This document shows positions 19,257 through 29,097 of a stretch of DNA of 64,000 nt, in pieces (position 1 is the first letter of the stretch; every line of letters begins with the position of its first letter). The position numbers and the translations under genes are program-made. Below the pieces are notes generated by a model. The model was not told the DNA's origin. It made no database searches and was given only the letters and a program-made list of their open reading frames with translations. The stretch is from an uncultured delta proteobacterium (GTDB lineage Bacteria; Desulfobacterota; Desulfomonilia; UBA1062): assembly GCA_963798485.1 (NCBI GenBank), contig CAWCTR010000010.1:61411-125410 (forward strand). The letters run 5' to 3'.

Positions 19257-20084
19257 GAAAGGAAAAGGGGACGTTTCTATTTTTTCTTGGAAGATGATTT
19301 TGTGGTGTATCTTGGCGATGAAATGAACTTGCCAGAAGGACTGATTTCATGGATACATGGGATGATTGTTATGATGTGGAATGGAGGAAGTTATGCCAAG
19401 GAGTCACCGACCTATTCCGCCAGATGGTTGTTTGCACATTATGTGCCGAGGGAACAACAAGCAGCTCATTTTCAATTCTGATGAAGATTTTCAATATTAC
19501 TGTGAACAACTCTGTGAATTGAAAGAAGAGAATCAAATAGAAATCTATCATTATTGTTTGATGAGCAATCACGTTCATTTAATAGCGAGAATCCGTGCAG
19601 GCAGCACATTGCCGAAGTACATGAAGCAAGTAAATTTGAGTTATTTTTATTATTTCAAGAGGCAGCACGCATATAGCGGACATCTATGGCAGGGCAGGTA
19701 CAAGAGCTGCATAATAGAGAAGAACAATTATCTATTACAATGTGGCAAGTACATAGAGCTGAATCCAGTAAGGGCAGGGATTGTAGAATCACCAGAGCAG
19801 TATAAGTATTCATCCTTCGAGTATTACTCAAAGGGGACCCCAGATAAACTATTAATAGAGAACCCTTTGTATCGAGAGCTTGGATCAACGGAAAAGAGGA
19901 GAAGAGAAGTATATATAGATTTTGTTTTGCCGGAAAGTATCAAAATCCGGTTAGGGATGGAGAGATTTATTGGGACAGGAGGTTTTATCCAAATGAATGA
20001 GGCAGGGTTTCACCTTAAAAATACAAGACTCAGACGAGGACGCCCTCGGAAGGAGGAAAAATAGAAACGTCCCCTTTTTCTTTC
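19257..20084 (+). mobile_element. RAYT-type element bounded by about 31-bp inverted repeats
   Basis: Left GAAAGGAAAAGGGGACGTTTCTATTTTTTCT (19257-19287); right AGGAAAAATAGAAACGTCCCCTTTTTCTTTC (20054-20084). Confidence 0.8.
19393..20064 (+). CDS. REP-associated tyrosine transposase (RAYT; Y1 HUH, IS200-like superfamily)
   Basis: MPR start behind GGAGG; HIMCRGN, MSNHVHL (HUH), LWQGRYKS, YIELNPVRAG, YSS motifs. Confidence 0.9.
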   Translation: MPRSHRPIPPDGCLHIMCRGNNKQLIFNSDEDFQYYCEQLCELKEENQIEIYHYCLMSNHVHLIARIRAGSTLPKYMKQVNLSYFYYFKRQHAYSGHLWQGRYKSCIIEKNNYLLQCGKYIELNPVRAGIVESPEQYKYSSFEYYSKGTPDKLLIENPLYRELGSTEKRRREVYIDFVLPESIKIRLGMERFIGTGGFIQMNEAGFHLKNTRLRRGRPRKEEK

Positions 20085-20096
20085 CCTTTTTCTTTC

Positions 20097-20561
20097 CATG
20101 AAGCAAGTAAATTTGAGTTATTTTTATTATTTCAAGAGGCAGCACTCATATAGCGGACATCTATGGCAGGGCAGGTACAAGAGCTGCATAATAGAGAAGA
20201 ACAATTATCTATTACAATGTGGCAAGTACATAGAGCTGAATCCAGTAAGGGCAGGGATTGTAGAATCACCAGAGCAGTATAAGTATTCATCCTTCGAGTA
20301 TTACTCAAAGGGGACCCCGGATAAACTATTAATAGAGAACCCTTTGTATCGAGAGCTTGGATCAACGGAAAAGAGGAGAAGAGAAATATATATAGATTTT
20401 GTTTTGCCGGAAAATATCAAAATCCGGTTAGGGATGGAGAGATTTATTGGGACAGGAGGTTTTATCCAAATGAATGAGGCAGGGTTTCACCTTAAAAATA
20501 CAAGACTCAGACGAGGACGCCCTCGGAAGGAGGAAAAATAGAAACGTCCCCTTTTTCTTTC
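20097..20561 (+). pseudogene. Tandem duplicate of the 3' two-thirds of the RAYT gene plus right inverted repeat; lacks the HUH motif
   Basis: Copy of 19620-20084 with about 4 substitutions seen by eye. Confidence 0.9.
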
Positions 20562-20897
20562 GTATCATTACATTAGCTACAAAACGTTGTAAAGATCTAA
20601 ATGATATCATTAGATATAAAAGTAATTTTAAGTTAATAAACCTAAGATTTTTTGTGCCAACTCCTAAAACTAAGTTTGGATAATACGCACCATAGATTAT
20701 AACTCAAAATCATCACAATACTTATTGTGAATATTCCTGCGATAACTCATCAATCCTATCTTCAGGAGATCAATCGTTGATTTCAGGTTGAAATCTTCAG
20801 TAATCCAATAACATTCGCGGATCGTTCGCGCGGCACTTGTATAGCATGGCATAGCAAGATACTGAACAGATTCAAATCCTATGCGATCTACCATAAC

Positions 20898-20932
20898 AAA
20901 AAACAGCCGGCTGATTCCATTCAGCCGGCTGT
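20898..20932 (-). terminator. Rho-independent terminator of glgP
   Basis: ACAGCCGGCTGA-N6-TCAGCCGGCTGT stem followed by a T-run on the minus strand, just after the glgP stop. Confidence 0.8.
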
Positions 20933-20952
20933 ATCACTTGTAAAATAAACCC

Positions 20953-23100
20953 TCACCCCAGTATCCCGGTCTCGGTTGATGTCGCGCTGGCTGCGGGCAT
21001 GTAGAAACGCTCGGCATAGTCCTTGACCATGCGGTCTGCAATGAAGCGCCAGCCAAGGGTCTGCATGGCGTGTTTCATGCGTTTGACCCACTGGGAGGGG
21101 ATTCCGTGGATGTCCCTATGGTAGTAGAGCGGGATCACCTCTTTTTCGAGTGTCTCATAGAGATATGCAGCGTCCCTTGCGTTCTGCACGGCCAGGTCGT
21201 TGTGCATGCCCCCGTGGCCTACGGCAAAACCGTTGTTGCCGTCGTACGCCTCGTTCCACCAGCCGTCCAGCACCGAGAGGTTGAGGCCACCGTTCAGGAC
21301 GATCTTCTGCCCGCTGGTGCCGCATGCCTCAAGCGGTCTGCGCGGGGTGTTCAGCCACACATCCACCCCCTGTACGAGGTGGCGTGCCACGTTGTAGTCG
21401 TAGTTCTCAACGAACACGATGCTGCTCCTGAAGTTCTTTGTATAGCTGAGCTGGGCGATTTTCTGCAGGAGCAGCTTGCCCTCGTTATCCATGGGGTGGG
21501 CCTTACCTGCGAAGATGATCTGGATGGGGCGGCGGGAGTCATTGATCATCTTGGTAAGGCGGTCCATGTCCGAGAGAATCAGGTCCCCGCGCTTATAGGT
21601 GGCAAACCTGCGTGCGCAGCCTATGGTCAGCACATCCGGGTCCAGGATGTGCTCGACCTGTTTGGCCATATCCAGATCTCCTCTGCGCTCGGCCTGTATG
21701 CGCAGGCGGCGCCTCACAAATCGGATCAGTCTCATCTTCAGGCTCTGGTGCGTCTCCCACAGCTCCCCGTCTTCGATGTCTTCCATACCCTCCCAGATAT
21801 CCGGGTGCACCATGCGCGTGGCCCAGTCCTGGCCGAGGCGTGTCTGGAACAGCTGGTACATCTGGGGCGCCAGCCAAGACAGGACATGCACCCCATTGGT
21901 GATGTGGCCGATAGGCACCTCTGACTCAGACCTCCCAGGCCAGAGGCTGTTCCACATGAGGCGGCTCACCGAGCCGTGGATGGCCGAGACGCCGTTTGCA
22001 TGACGGCAGCTCTTCAGCGCCAGCACTGTCATGCAGAAGGGTTCTGTCTTGTTGCCAGGATCAACGCGGCCAAGGGCCATGAAATCATCGTGGGACAGCC
22101 CCAGCCTTTCCCGGAAAAGACCGAGATGCTCATCGATCAGTTCGGGCGAGAAGCGGTCATGGCCTGCAGCAACAGGGGTATGCGTGGTAAAGACCGTATA
22201 CAAAGATACGCGCCGGTGTGCGCGATTAAAGGGGATCTGGTCATACTCCATTATCCGGCGCACCTCTTCAAGGATGGCAAAGGAGCTGTGTCCTTCATTC
22301 AGGTGGAGTACACCGGGGAAGATGTTCAGCCCCTGTAGTATGCGTGCGCCCCCAATACCCAGCAGCAGCTCTTGCCGGATGCGGAGCTTAGTGTCGCCCC
22401 CGTACAACCGGCAGGTCAATTCGCGGTCCTCGGCTGAGTTTCCTTCCATGTTGGAATCGAGCAACAGCAGGCGGATGCGTCCCACCTGAACCTGCCAGAC
22501 ACGGGCCAGCAGAGGGGTGCTCCTGGTATCTACCCGTACAACCAACGGCTGTCCGCTTGAATCCATAACCTCTTGCAGCGGCAGCTTTTTTATGTCGATG
22601 TTGAGGTATTCTTCTTCCTGCCATCCCTCCTTGTTCAGGCGCTGACTGAAATAGCCCTGCTGGTAGAGGAGCCCGATACCGATCAGGGGAATTCCCAGGT
22701 CAGAGGCGCTTTTCAGGTGGTCGCCCGCCAGGATGCCCAGGCCCCCGGAATAGATCTGCAGGGATTCATGCAGGCCGAACTCGGCAGAGAAATAGACCAC
22801 CGGCCGGTTGTTCAGATTGCCGCAGTGAATGGCGCCCCAGGTCTTCTGCAGCTCAATATACTCATTGAGCCGCCTGAAGGCATAGTTTATACGACTGTGG
22901 AGTACCAGCTCCGAGGCCCGGTCCTCCACCTGTGAAGGGGTGATCTGATTCATGAAGGCAACCGGATTATGTTCCACCTGTCGCCACAGATGGGGGTCCA
23001 GGTCGGTGAAGATGCTGATGACCTCAGGATGCCATGTCCACCAGAGATTATCGGCCAGGGTGCGGAGACGTTTATGGAGATTGATGTTTGTGTCTGTCAT
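20953..23100 (-). CDS. glgP: Alpha-glucan (glycogen) phosphorylase, paralogue 1
   Basis: YFSAEFG, YSGGLGILAGDHLK, HLNEGH, ARRFATYKR, EACGTSGQK; start set at ATG 23100. Confidence 0.95.
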   Translation of the reverse strand: MTDTNINLHKRLRTLADNLWWTWHPEVISIFTDLDPHLWRQVEHNPVAFMNQITPSQVEDRASELVLHSRINYAFRRLNEYIELQKTWGAIHCGNLNNRPVVYFSAEFGLHESLQIYSGGLGILAGDHLKSASDLGIPLIGIGLLYQQGYFSQRLNKEGWQEEEYLNIDIKKLPLQEVMDSSGQPLVVRVDTRSTPLLARVWQVQVGRIRLLLLDSNMEGNSAEDRELTCRLYGGDTKLRIRQELLLGIGGARILQGLNIFPGVLHLNEGHSSFAILEEVRRIMEYDQIPFNRAHRRVSLYTVFTTHTPVAAGHDRFSPELIDEHLGLFRERLGLSHDDFMALGRVDPGNKTEPFCMTVLALKSCRHANGVSAIHGSVSRLMWNSLWPGRSESEVPIGHITNGVHVLSWLAPQMYQLFQTRLGQDWATRMVHPDIWEGMEDIEDGELWETHQSLKMRLIRFVRRRLRIQAERRGDLDMAKQVEHILDPDVLTIGCARRFATYKRGDLILSDMDRLTKMINDSRRPIQIIFAGKAHPMDNEGKLLLQKIAQLSYTKNFRSSIVFVENYDYNVARHLVQGVDVWLNTPRRPLEACGTSGQKIVLNGGLNLSVLDGWWNEAYDGNNGFAVGHGGMHNDLAVQNARDAAYLYETLEKEVIPLYYHRDIHGIPSQWVKRMKHAMQTLGWRFIADRMVKDYAERFYMPAASATSTETGILG

Positions 23101-23247
23101 AGTAAACCCCTCAAAAGTTAATGTGTTGAAAATCTGGTAAGACAGCTTAAACATACTTTAAGCATCATAGGTAGTATTTAGCATTAAGGGCATGGGACAG
23201 GAAACGGTAAAATATAATTTATTCAGTATTCATCACCGTGAAAGAGT

Positions 23248-23487
23248 GTGATAATAAATGCCTCCATGATTGAAAAGATCCCCTTCATGCACCGGCAGAA
23301 GACATATAACATCATCATCGAGGATGACATCGCCTTCACGGCCCTGCATTCCATCCTTGACGATCTCATCAGCCGGGGGGCCTTCCCTGCAGAGGAAGGC
23401 TGTGCAGATCTTTATGATGTGACCCACGAAGAGATGTGCTATACTATAGGCGTTGACGGCACTGATGTCATCATTGCGGTAAAATAG
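23248..23487 (+). CDS. Small hypothetical protein
   Basis: 79-aa ORF in line with the downstream operon; no recognised motif. Confidence 0.55.
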   Translation: MIINASMIEKIPFMHRQKTYNIIIEDDIAFTALHSILDDLISRGAFPAEEGCADLYDVTHEEMCYTIGVDGTDVIIAVK

Positions 23488-23498
23488 CGGTCTGGTCC

Positions 23499-24311
23499 AT
23501 GGTCGATATCCACCTGTGCCAGCCTGACGCCCAAAAATCATGCGCTGCTTGCTGCGGGATCTATAATTACACGGACAACACCAGGGACTCCCTGGAAAAA
23601 CGCTTTCTCTCCCGCACGAATCTTTTCTCCCGGGTGAGGGGAAACACGCTTGCCATCAAAGACTATCAGGCCATTATCCGTCACAAGGAGAACTCGAAGC
23701 GCATCTATTCCACCATCTACACCTGCGAGTTTGTGGGTTTCTTGGATGAGGGCTTCAAACGGGTAGGGTGCATGCTCCATCCCCTGATGAATTACGGGGA
23801 CGACCTGCGCATTATCAGTTTCTATGGCAGGGATATCTGTGAAGGCCACTTCTGTCCCAGCTACCAGAAGCTTGATGCCCATGAGGCGCGCATCCTCCTG
23901 GCTGCGCTCGATGACTGGTACCTCTACGGCAGCGCCATTACGGATATCGACTTTGTGAAGACCTTTTTCAAGATCATCCAGGACCGCCTGGGCGGGACGC
24001 TGGACGTGAAAAAGGTCAGGTCTGCGCCAGGGCTCCTTGGCATTATCAGGCGCTATTGCGGCCTGAAGGTGACCTGGCCGTTCCGGGATAACAGTAGGCC
24101 CCGGTTCGGAAAGTATTACTTCGTGGGAGAGGAATATGATATCGCCCGCATCGACTATGCATCGCTCTCTGCCCCTGTCTCTGTCTATGACGCCATCTTT
24201 GTGAGCCTGTCCTCCCTGTTTAAAAGCAAGGTTGAGCTGGACAAGGCCGCCCGGATGATAGATGCTCTGATCGAGGAGTTCTGTTGTGGATACAGCCGAA
24301 CTGATGGATGA
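23499..24311 (+). CDS. Cysteine-rich hypothetical protein (possible metal or Fe-S binding)
   Basis: CQPD..KSCAACCG, CEFVGF, GCMLHP, CEGHFCP; overlaps nadC start. Confidence 0.7.
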   Translation: MVDIHLCQPDAQKSCAACCGIYNYTDNTRDSLEKRFLSRTNLFSRVRGNTLAIKDYQAIIRHKENSKRIYSTIYTCEFVGFLDEGFKRVGCMLHPLMNYGDDLRIISFYGRDICEGHFCPSYQKLDAHEARILLAALDDWYLYGSAITDIDFVKTFFKIIQDRLGGTLDVKKVRSAPGLLGIIRRYCGLKVTWPFRDNSRPRFGKYYFVGEEYDIARIDYASLSAPVSVYDAIFVSLSSLFKSKVELDKAARMIDALIEEFCCGYSRTDG

Positions 24312-25119
24312 TATCATTCAACTGGCGCTGGATGAAGATGGAATAGACATCACCACCGAGGCCATCTTTCCCGAAGAGTGCACGCTACAGGCCGTCATGA
24401 AGGCAAAGGCGGACGGCATCATTGCCGGCGTGCAGGTGGCAAAAAGGGTCTTCAGCCTTGTAGACCCCGGCATTGCATGCTTATTCGAGGTCCACGATGG
24501 ACAATCCGTGGTTGCAGGTTCTAAGATCGCTGTTATCTCCGGGCCTGCCAGGGGCATACTCAAGGCGGAACGGGTGGCGCTCAACTTTTTACAGCGCATG
24601 AGCGGCATTGCCACCGGCACGGCACGATATATGAAATGCCTCGAAGGGACCAAGGCGCGTATCCTGGACACACGAAAGACCTCGCCGGGTCAGCGCGTAC
24701 TCGACAAGATGGCCGTACGGATGGGGGGCGGGAATAATCACCGTATGGGGCTCTTTGACATGGCACTCATCAAAGACAACCACATCGATGCGGCCGGGTC
24801 CATTACAGAGGCGGTTGACAGGGTCAGAAAGGCTTCCCCTGGTGTTGCCATCGAGGTAGAGGCCAGGAATCTTGATGACGTGAGGACACTGCTGGGATTG
24901 AATGTCGATCGCGTCATGCTGGACAACTTTTCCATCAAAGAGATGAAACAGGCCGCCAAGCTCGTAGCAGGCCGCATACCGCTGGAGGCCTCGGGCGGCA
25001 TCACGCTGGAGACCATCCGGGCAGTGGCCCTGACCGGGGTGGACTATATCTCTGTGGGCGAAATCACCCACTCGGTCAAGGCCCTTGATATATCCATGAT
25101 CATCGAGGTGGGACAATGA
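24286..25119 (+). CDS. nadC: Nicotinate-nucleotide diphosphorylase (carboxylating)
   Basis: AERVALNFLQRMSGIAT, LDTRKT, NHRMGLFD, LIKDNH, LEASGGI. Confidence 0.96.
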   Translation: MDTAELMDDIIQLALDEDGIDITTEAIFPEECTLQAVMKAKADGIIAGVQVAKRVFSLVDPGIACLFEVHDGQSVVAGSKIAVISGPARGILKAERVALNFLQRMSGIATGTARYMKCLEGTKARILDTRKTSPGQRVLDKMAVRMGGGNNHRMGLFDMALIKDNHIDAAGSITEAVDRVRKASPGVAIEVEARNLDDVRTLLGLNVDRVMLDNFSIKEMKQAAKLVAGRIPLEASGGITLETIRAVALTGVDYISVGEITHSVKALDISMIIEVGQ

Positions 25120-26150
25120 CGGACCAGGAGGCCCGCGATATAATAATCAAGGTGAAACATGACCTCGGCAACAGGCTCGTCATCCTGGGCCACCACTACC
25201 AGAAAGACGAGATCATCGCATTCGCGGATTATGTGGGCGACTCCCTGGAGCTTGCCAGGAAGGCCTCGCAGATCGATGCGGCCGAGTACATCATGCTCTG
25301 CGGTGTGTACTTCATGGCTGAAACGGCCGCCATCCTGGCGCCCAAAAAATCCGTGTTTATCCCGGAAATGGCGGCTGGCTGCCCCCTGGCCGATATGGCG
25401 AAGATCGAAGACGTGAACATTGCATGGGATGCCATCACGTGTATAAGCCCTGACGTGATACCTGTCACCTATGTAAATTCCTCAGCCGAGCTCAAGGCAT
25501 TTTGCGGACGGAACCATGGCGCTGTCTGTACCTCGGCCAATGCAAAAAAGGTTGTTGCCTGGGCCTTGGACAAGGCCGCGAAGGTGTTCTTCATGCCTGA
25601 TATGAACCTTGGCAGGAACACGGCCGGAACCATGGGTATAAAAGATGAAGAGATAGCAACCTGGGACCCTGGTCTGCCAAGCGGAGGGCTCCAGGCAGCC
25701 TATATAAAAAGGGCGCGGATGATCCTGTGGAAGGGCTGGTGTCCGGTGCATTGCCCGGTGTTCACCGTGGCGGATGTTCAGAGGGTGCGTGCTGAATACC
25801 CCGGCATCACGATCATGGTGCACCCGGAGACAGACCCTGCAACCCTCAAGGCGGCCGCGTCATCGGGCTCCACATCCCAGATCCTGGAATACATAGCAAC
25901 GCTGCCCAAGGGGGGGCGCCTGGCCGTGGGCACCGAGGCAAACATGGTCCTGCGTGCTGCAAAGAAAAATGCCGGTCGTGTTGAGATTATCCCTTTAAAA
26001 GAGGTATACTGTGACGACATGGCCAAGATTACTCTCTCGAAACTGGCCGTGTCTTTAATGGGTATGACGAGCGGGCAGGGCAACGTCGAGCTGCCCAAGG
26101 CCGTTGCGGCAGAGGCCAAAAAGGCGCTGGATGCCATGTTGAGGATATAG
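25116..26150 (+). CDS. nadA: Quinolinate synthase
   Basis: ILGHHYQ, GDSLELA, CGVYFMAE, three Fe-S Cys (GCPLAD, WCPVH, YCDDM). Confidence 0.95.
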   Translation: MTDQEARDIIIKVKHDLGNRLVILGHHYQKDEIIAFADYVGDSLELARKASQIDAAEYIMLCGVYFMAETAAILAPKKSVFIPEMAAGCPLADMAKIEDVNIAWDAITCISPDVIPVTYVNSSAELKAFCGRNHGAVCTSANAKKVVAWALDKAAKVFFMPDMNLGRNTAGTMGIKDEEIATWDPGLPSGGLQAAYIKRARMILWKGWCPVHCPVFTVADVQRVRAEYPGITIMVHPETDPATLKAAASSGSTSQILEYIATLPKGGRLAVGTEANMVLRAAKKNAGRVEIIPLKEVYCDDMAKITLSKLAVSLMGMTSGQGNVELPKAVAAEAKKALDAMLRI

Positions 26151-26152
26151 CT

Positions 26153-27784
26153 ATGAGCACCAAACGCAAAGAGACCGAATGCCTTGTCATCGGCACGGGT
26201 ATTGCCGGCACCACGTGCGCGCTCATGGCCGCAAAGATGGGTATCAAGGTCTGCCTTATCACCAAGCGTTCCGACATCTATGCCACTAACACCAACCGCG
26301 CCCAGGGGGGCATCGTATATAAGGGGAACGGCGATTCGTCTCAATTGCTCGTGGACGACATCATGCGGGCGGGCAGGGATATCAACTCGGTGGAGGCCGT
26401 GGAATTTCTGGCGAGAAGGGGCCCGGAGGTGGTCAAGGAGGTGCTCATCGACGAGCTCATGGTGGACTTCACACACTTGACCGGCGCGCAGGACGAGGAT
26501 TTCGACCTCACCAGGGAGGGGGCGCACTCGGTTAATCGCATCCTCTATTCGGCGGACAACACGGGTGAGGTGATCGAAAAGGCCCTTATCAAGGCGGTGA
26601 AGGCGCATCCTAATGTCGAGATCATCACCGAGGCCACTGCTATCGACCTTATCACGCTCCACCACCACTCTATTGATATCCAGGCATCCTACCAGCTCGA
26701 TAACCGCTGCCTGGGCGCGTATGTGTTCCTGAACCGGAAGAAGGAGGTTCTGGCCATCCTGGCACAGAACACCGTGCTCGCCACAGGCGGTCTTGGGGAC
26801 ATCTATTTGCACACCACCAACGAGAAGGGAACGGTGGGCGACGGCATGGTCATGGCACAGCGCGCAGGCGCCCGCATGATCAACATGGAATTCATGCAGT
26901 TTCACCCCACCACACTCTACATACCAGGAGCCCGGAGGTTTCTCATATCCGAGGCGGTCCGGGGCGAGGGGGCCAGGCTCAAGAACCTTCGCGGCGAATA
27001 TTTCATGGAGCGGTATAATCCCGAGTTTAAAGACCTGGCGCCCAGGGACGAGGTGGCCCGCGCCATCTGGGAAGAGATGCTCCACAATTCCGAAGACCAT
27101 GTTCTGCTGGATGTTGCGAATTTTGTCCATGAGGATATCCCTGCCCGTTTCCCGACCATATATGCCACATGCAAAGAGGCGGGAATCGATATCACCAGGG
27201 AACCTGTTCCCGTAGTCCCTGCGGCCCATTATTTCTGCGGAGGGGTGCATGTGGACATCAGGGGACGGACATCGTTGAAAGGGCTTCACGCAGTGGGAGA
27301 GGTATCCTGCACCGGGCTCCACGGCGCGAACCGGCTTGCCTCCACCTCGCTGCTCGAAGGCCTCACCTGGGGATACTATGCGGCCATCGACATCACCGAG
27401 CGGATCAATGCAGGCAAGACCGTGAGCGCATCCGTGCTCGGCTCGGCCCGTGACTGGATCCCTGCAGGCAACGTCGAGAATGAAGACCCGGCGCTCATCG
27501 CCCAGGACTGGATGGCCATCAAAAACACCATGTGGAATTATGTGGGCATCGTCCGAACGCCACCCCGGCTTAAACGCGCCATTGAAGACATGCGGCACAT
27601 GTACCTGAGGATCGAGGAGTTCTACAAGGAGACCCCGGTATCCAAAGACATCATCAGCCTGTTCCAGGGCACCCAGTCGGCCATCATGGTGGCAGAGGCC
27701 GCTCTGAGGAATCGCACCTCCATCGGGTGCCATTACATCGCGCCCTCGCGGGGCCTGGAAGGCAACTTCCCGGCCATCAGGTAG
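26153..27784 (+). CDS. nadB: L-aspartate oxidase
   Basis: IGTGIAG, AQGGI, REGAHS, QFHPT, ISEAVRGEG, PAAHYFCGG, GLHGANRLASTSLLEG. Confidence 0.96.
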   Translation: MSTKRKETECLVIGTGIAGTTCALMAAKMGIKVCLITKRSDIYATNTNRAQGGIVYKGNGDSSQLLVDDIMRAGRDINSVEAVEFLARRGPEVVKEVLIDELMVDFTHLTGAQDEDFDLTREGAHSVNRILYSADNTGEVIEKALIKAVKAHPNVEIITEATAIDLITLHHHSIDIQASYQLDNRCLGAYVFLNRKKEVLAILAQNTVLATGGLGDIYLHTTNEKGTVGDGMVMAQRAGARMINMEFMQFHPTTLYIPGARRFLISEAVRGEGARLKNLRGEYFMERYNPEFKDLAPRDEVARAIWEEMLHNSEDHVLLDVANFVHEDIPARFPTIYATCKEAGIDITREPVPVVPAAHYFCGGVHVDIRGRTSLKGLHAVGEVSCTGLHGANRLASTSLLEGLTWGYYAAIDITERINAGKTVSASVLGSARDWIPAGNVENEDPALIAQDWMAIKNTMWNYVGIVRTPPRLKRAIEDMRHMYLRIEEFYKETPVSKDIISLFQGTQSAIMVAEAALRNRTSIGCHYIAPSRGLEGNFPAIR

Positions 27785-28071
27785 TGGCACATGTTGACAT
27801 CGGATATTCTGACATCGAGAAAAATTTCGGACGAGTACCGATTGAAACAGGGCTAAACAACACAAACCAAAAACACTCTATTCATAAACAGGCTGGTGGA
27901 TTTAGATTGTTATGAATGCACATGGCCTGATGAATATTATCTCTGGAAATATTAGCTTGTGGTGATATTGAGTTGGTAAAAAACTGAAGATAACGTGATA
28001 ATCATCTAAAAGGCACCTCCGCCAACATCGCACGGCTATAATACAAGTACTAAGTCAATAGGAGGTGTGTC

Positions 28072-29097
28072 ATGAGAGAGCTGCATGCCGGGTTGGATCT
28101 ACATTCAGGGAACACTTACATCGGACTGATCGAGAAAGGGACAATGAAGCGAGTTTTCGAGAAGCGGGTAAGGAATAACCTGGACGAGGTTGTCTGGACC
28201 CTGGCCCCTTACCGTGAGGAGATCAGGGGGATAGCTGTCGAGAGCACTTTTAATTGGTATTGGTTAGTAGATGGGTTGAATGAGGCTGGATATGACTGTG
28301 TGCATCTGGCCAATCCTGCAGCAATACAACAGTACAAAGGACTCAAGTACGCTGATGACAGGCACGATGCGTTCTGGCTGGCGCAGATGCTGTCTCTTGG
28401 GATCCTCCCCGAAGGATATATTTATCCCAAGGAAGAGCGACCGGTTCGGGACCTGCTGAGGAAGAGATCCTTCCTGGTAAAGCAAAAGACAGCCCATATC
28501 ATCTCGCTTCAGTCGATGATCGAGCGAAACACTGGCGTGCACATGAGTGCGAATGCCTTGAGGAAGGTCAAGGCAGAAGACATTCAGCAGATACTGAAGG
28601 AAGAACACCTCGTGCTCCTTGGGACAACGAGCCTTGAGACCATAACCTTTCTCGGGAAGAACATCAGGAATATCGAGAAGACGGTCAAGAGAGAAGTGAA
28701 GATAAGAGATGCTTTTGAGAAGCTGCACATGGTTCCCGGGATCGGTGATATCCTAGCCATGACGATCATGCTGGAGGTGGGGGACATCTCACGATTTTCA
28801 TCAGTGGGTAACTTCTCTTCGTATTGCCGGTGTGTCCCTACCGGCAGGTTATCCAATGGGAAGAGCAAGGGCAAAGGCAATGTAAAGAATGGGAACCGGT
28901 ATCTGGCCTGGGCATTTATCGAGGCGGCGTATCTCTCAATGAGGCAATCCCCCAAGATCTCCGGCTACTACAAGAGGAAGGCTTCGAAGACTCACAAGAT
29001 GGTAGCGGTCAAGACCATAGCAAGTAAGCTGGCCAGGGCCTGCTATTATATCCTCAGGGATGGGGTTGAATTCAAGGAAGAGCTGCTCTTTTGCTGA
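28072..29097 (+). CDS. IS110-family DEDD transposase/recombinase
   Basis: GLDLHS, VESTFNWYW, DDRHDAFWLA, VPGIG, LSNGKSKG, GNRYLAWAFIEAA; GGAGG RBS. Confidence 0.93.
   Translation: MRELHAGLDLHSGNTYIGLIEKGTMKRVFEKRVRNNLDEVVWTLAPYREEIRGIAVESTFNWYWLVDGLNEAGYDCVHLANPAAIQQYKGLKYADDRHDAFWLAQMLSLGILPEGYIYPKEERPVRDLLRKRSFLVKQKTAHIISLQSMIERNTGVHMSANALRKVKAEDIQQILKEEHLVLLGTTSLETITFLGKNIRNIEKTVKREVKIRDAFEKLHMVPGIGDILAMTIMLEVGDISRFSSVGNFSSYCRCVPTGRLSNGKSKGKGNVKNGNRYLAWAFIEAAYLSMRQSPKISGYYKRKASKTHKMVAVKTIASKLARACYYILRDGVEFKEELLFC

Noticed and set aside
19194-19270. Possible CRISPR array
   Set aside because: No unique spacers, units only 4-14 nt, no cas genes
18459-19481. 340-aa ORF in the track
   Set aside because: Chimeric read-through of hairpin DNA, the RHS fragment and the GAAAGG tract (KRKERKRE); not a coherent gene
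20562-20894. Short AT-rich ORFs between the RAYT duplicate and glgP
   Set aside because: No recognisable motif or RBS; probably gene debris
25778-27865. 695-aa minus-strand ORF
   Set aside because: Antisense shadow of nadA/nadB in GC-rich coding DNA; no motifs
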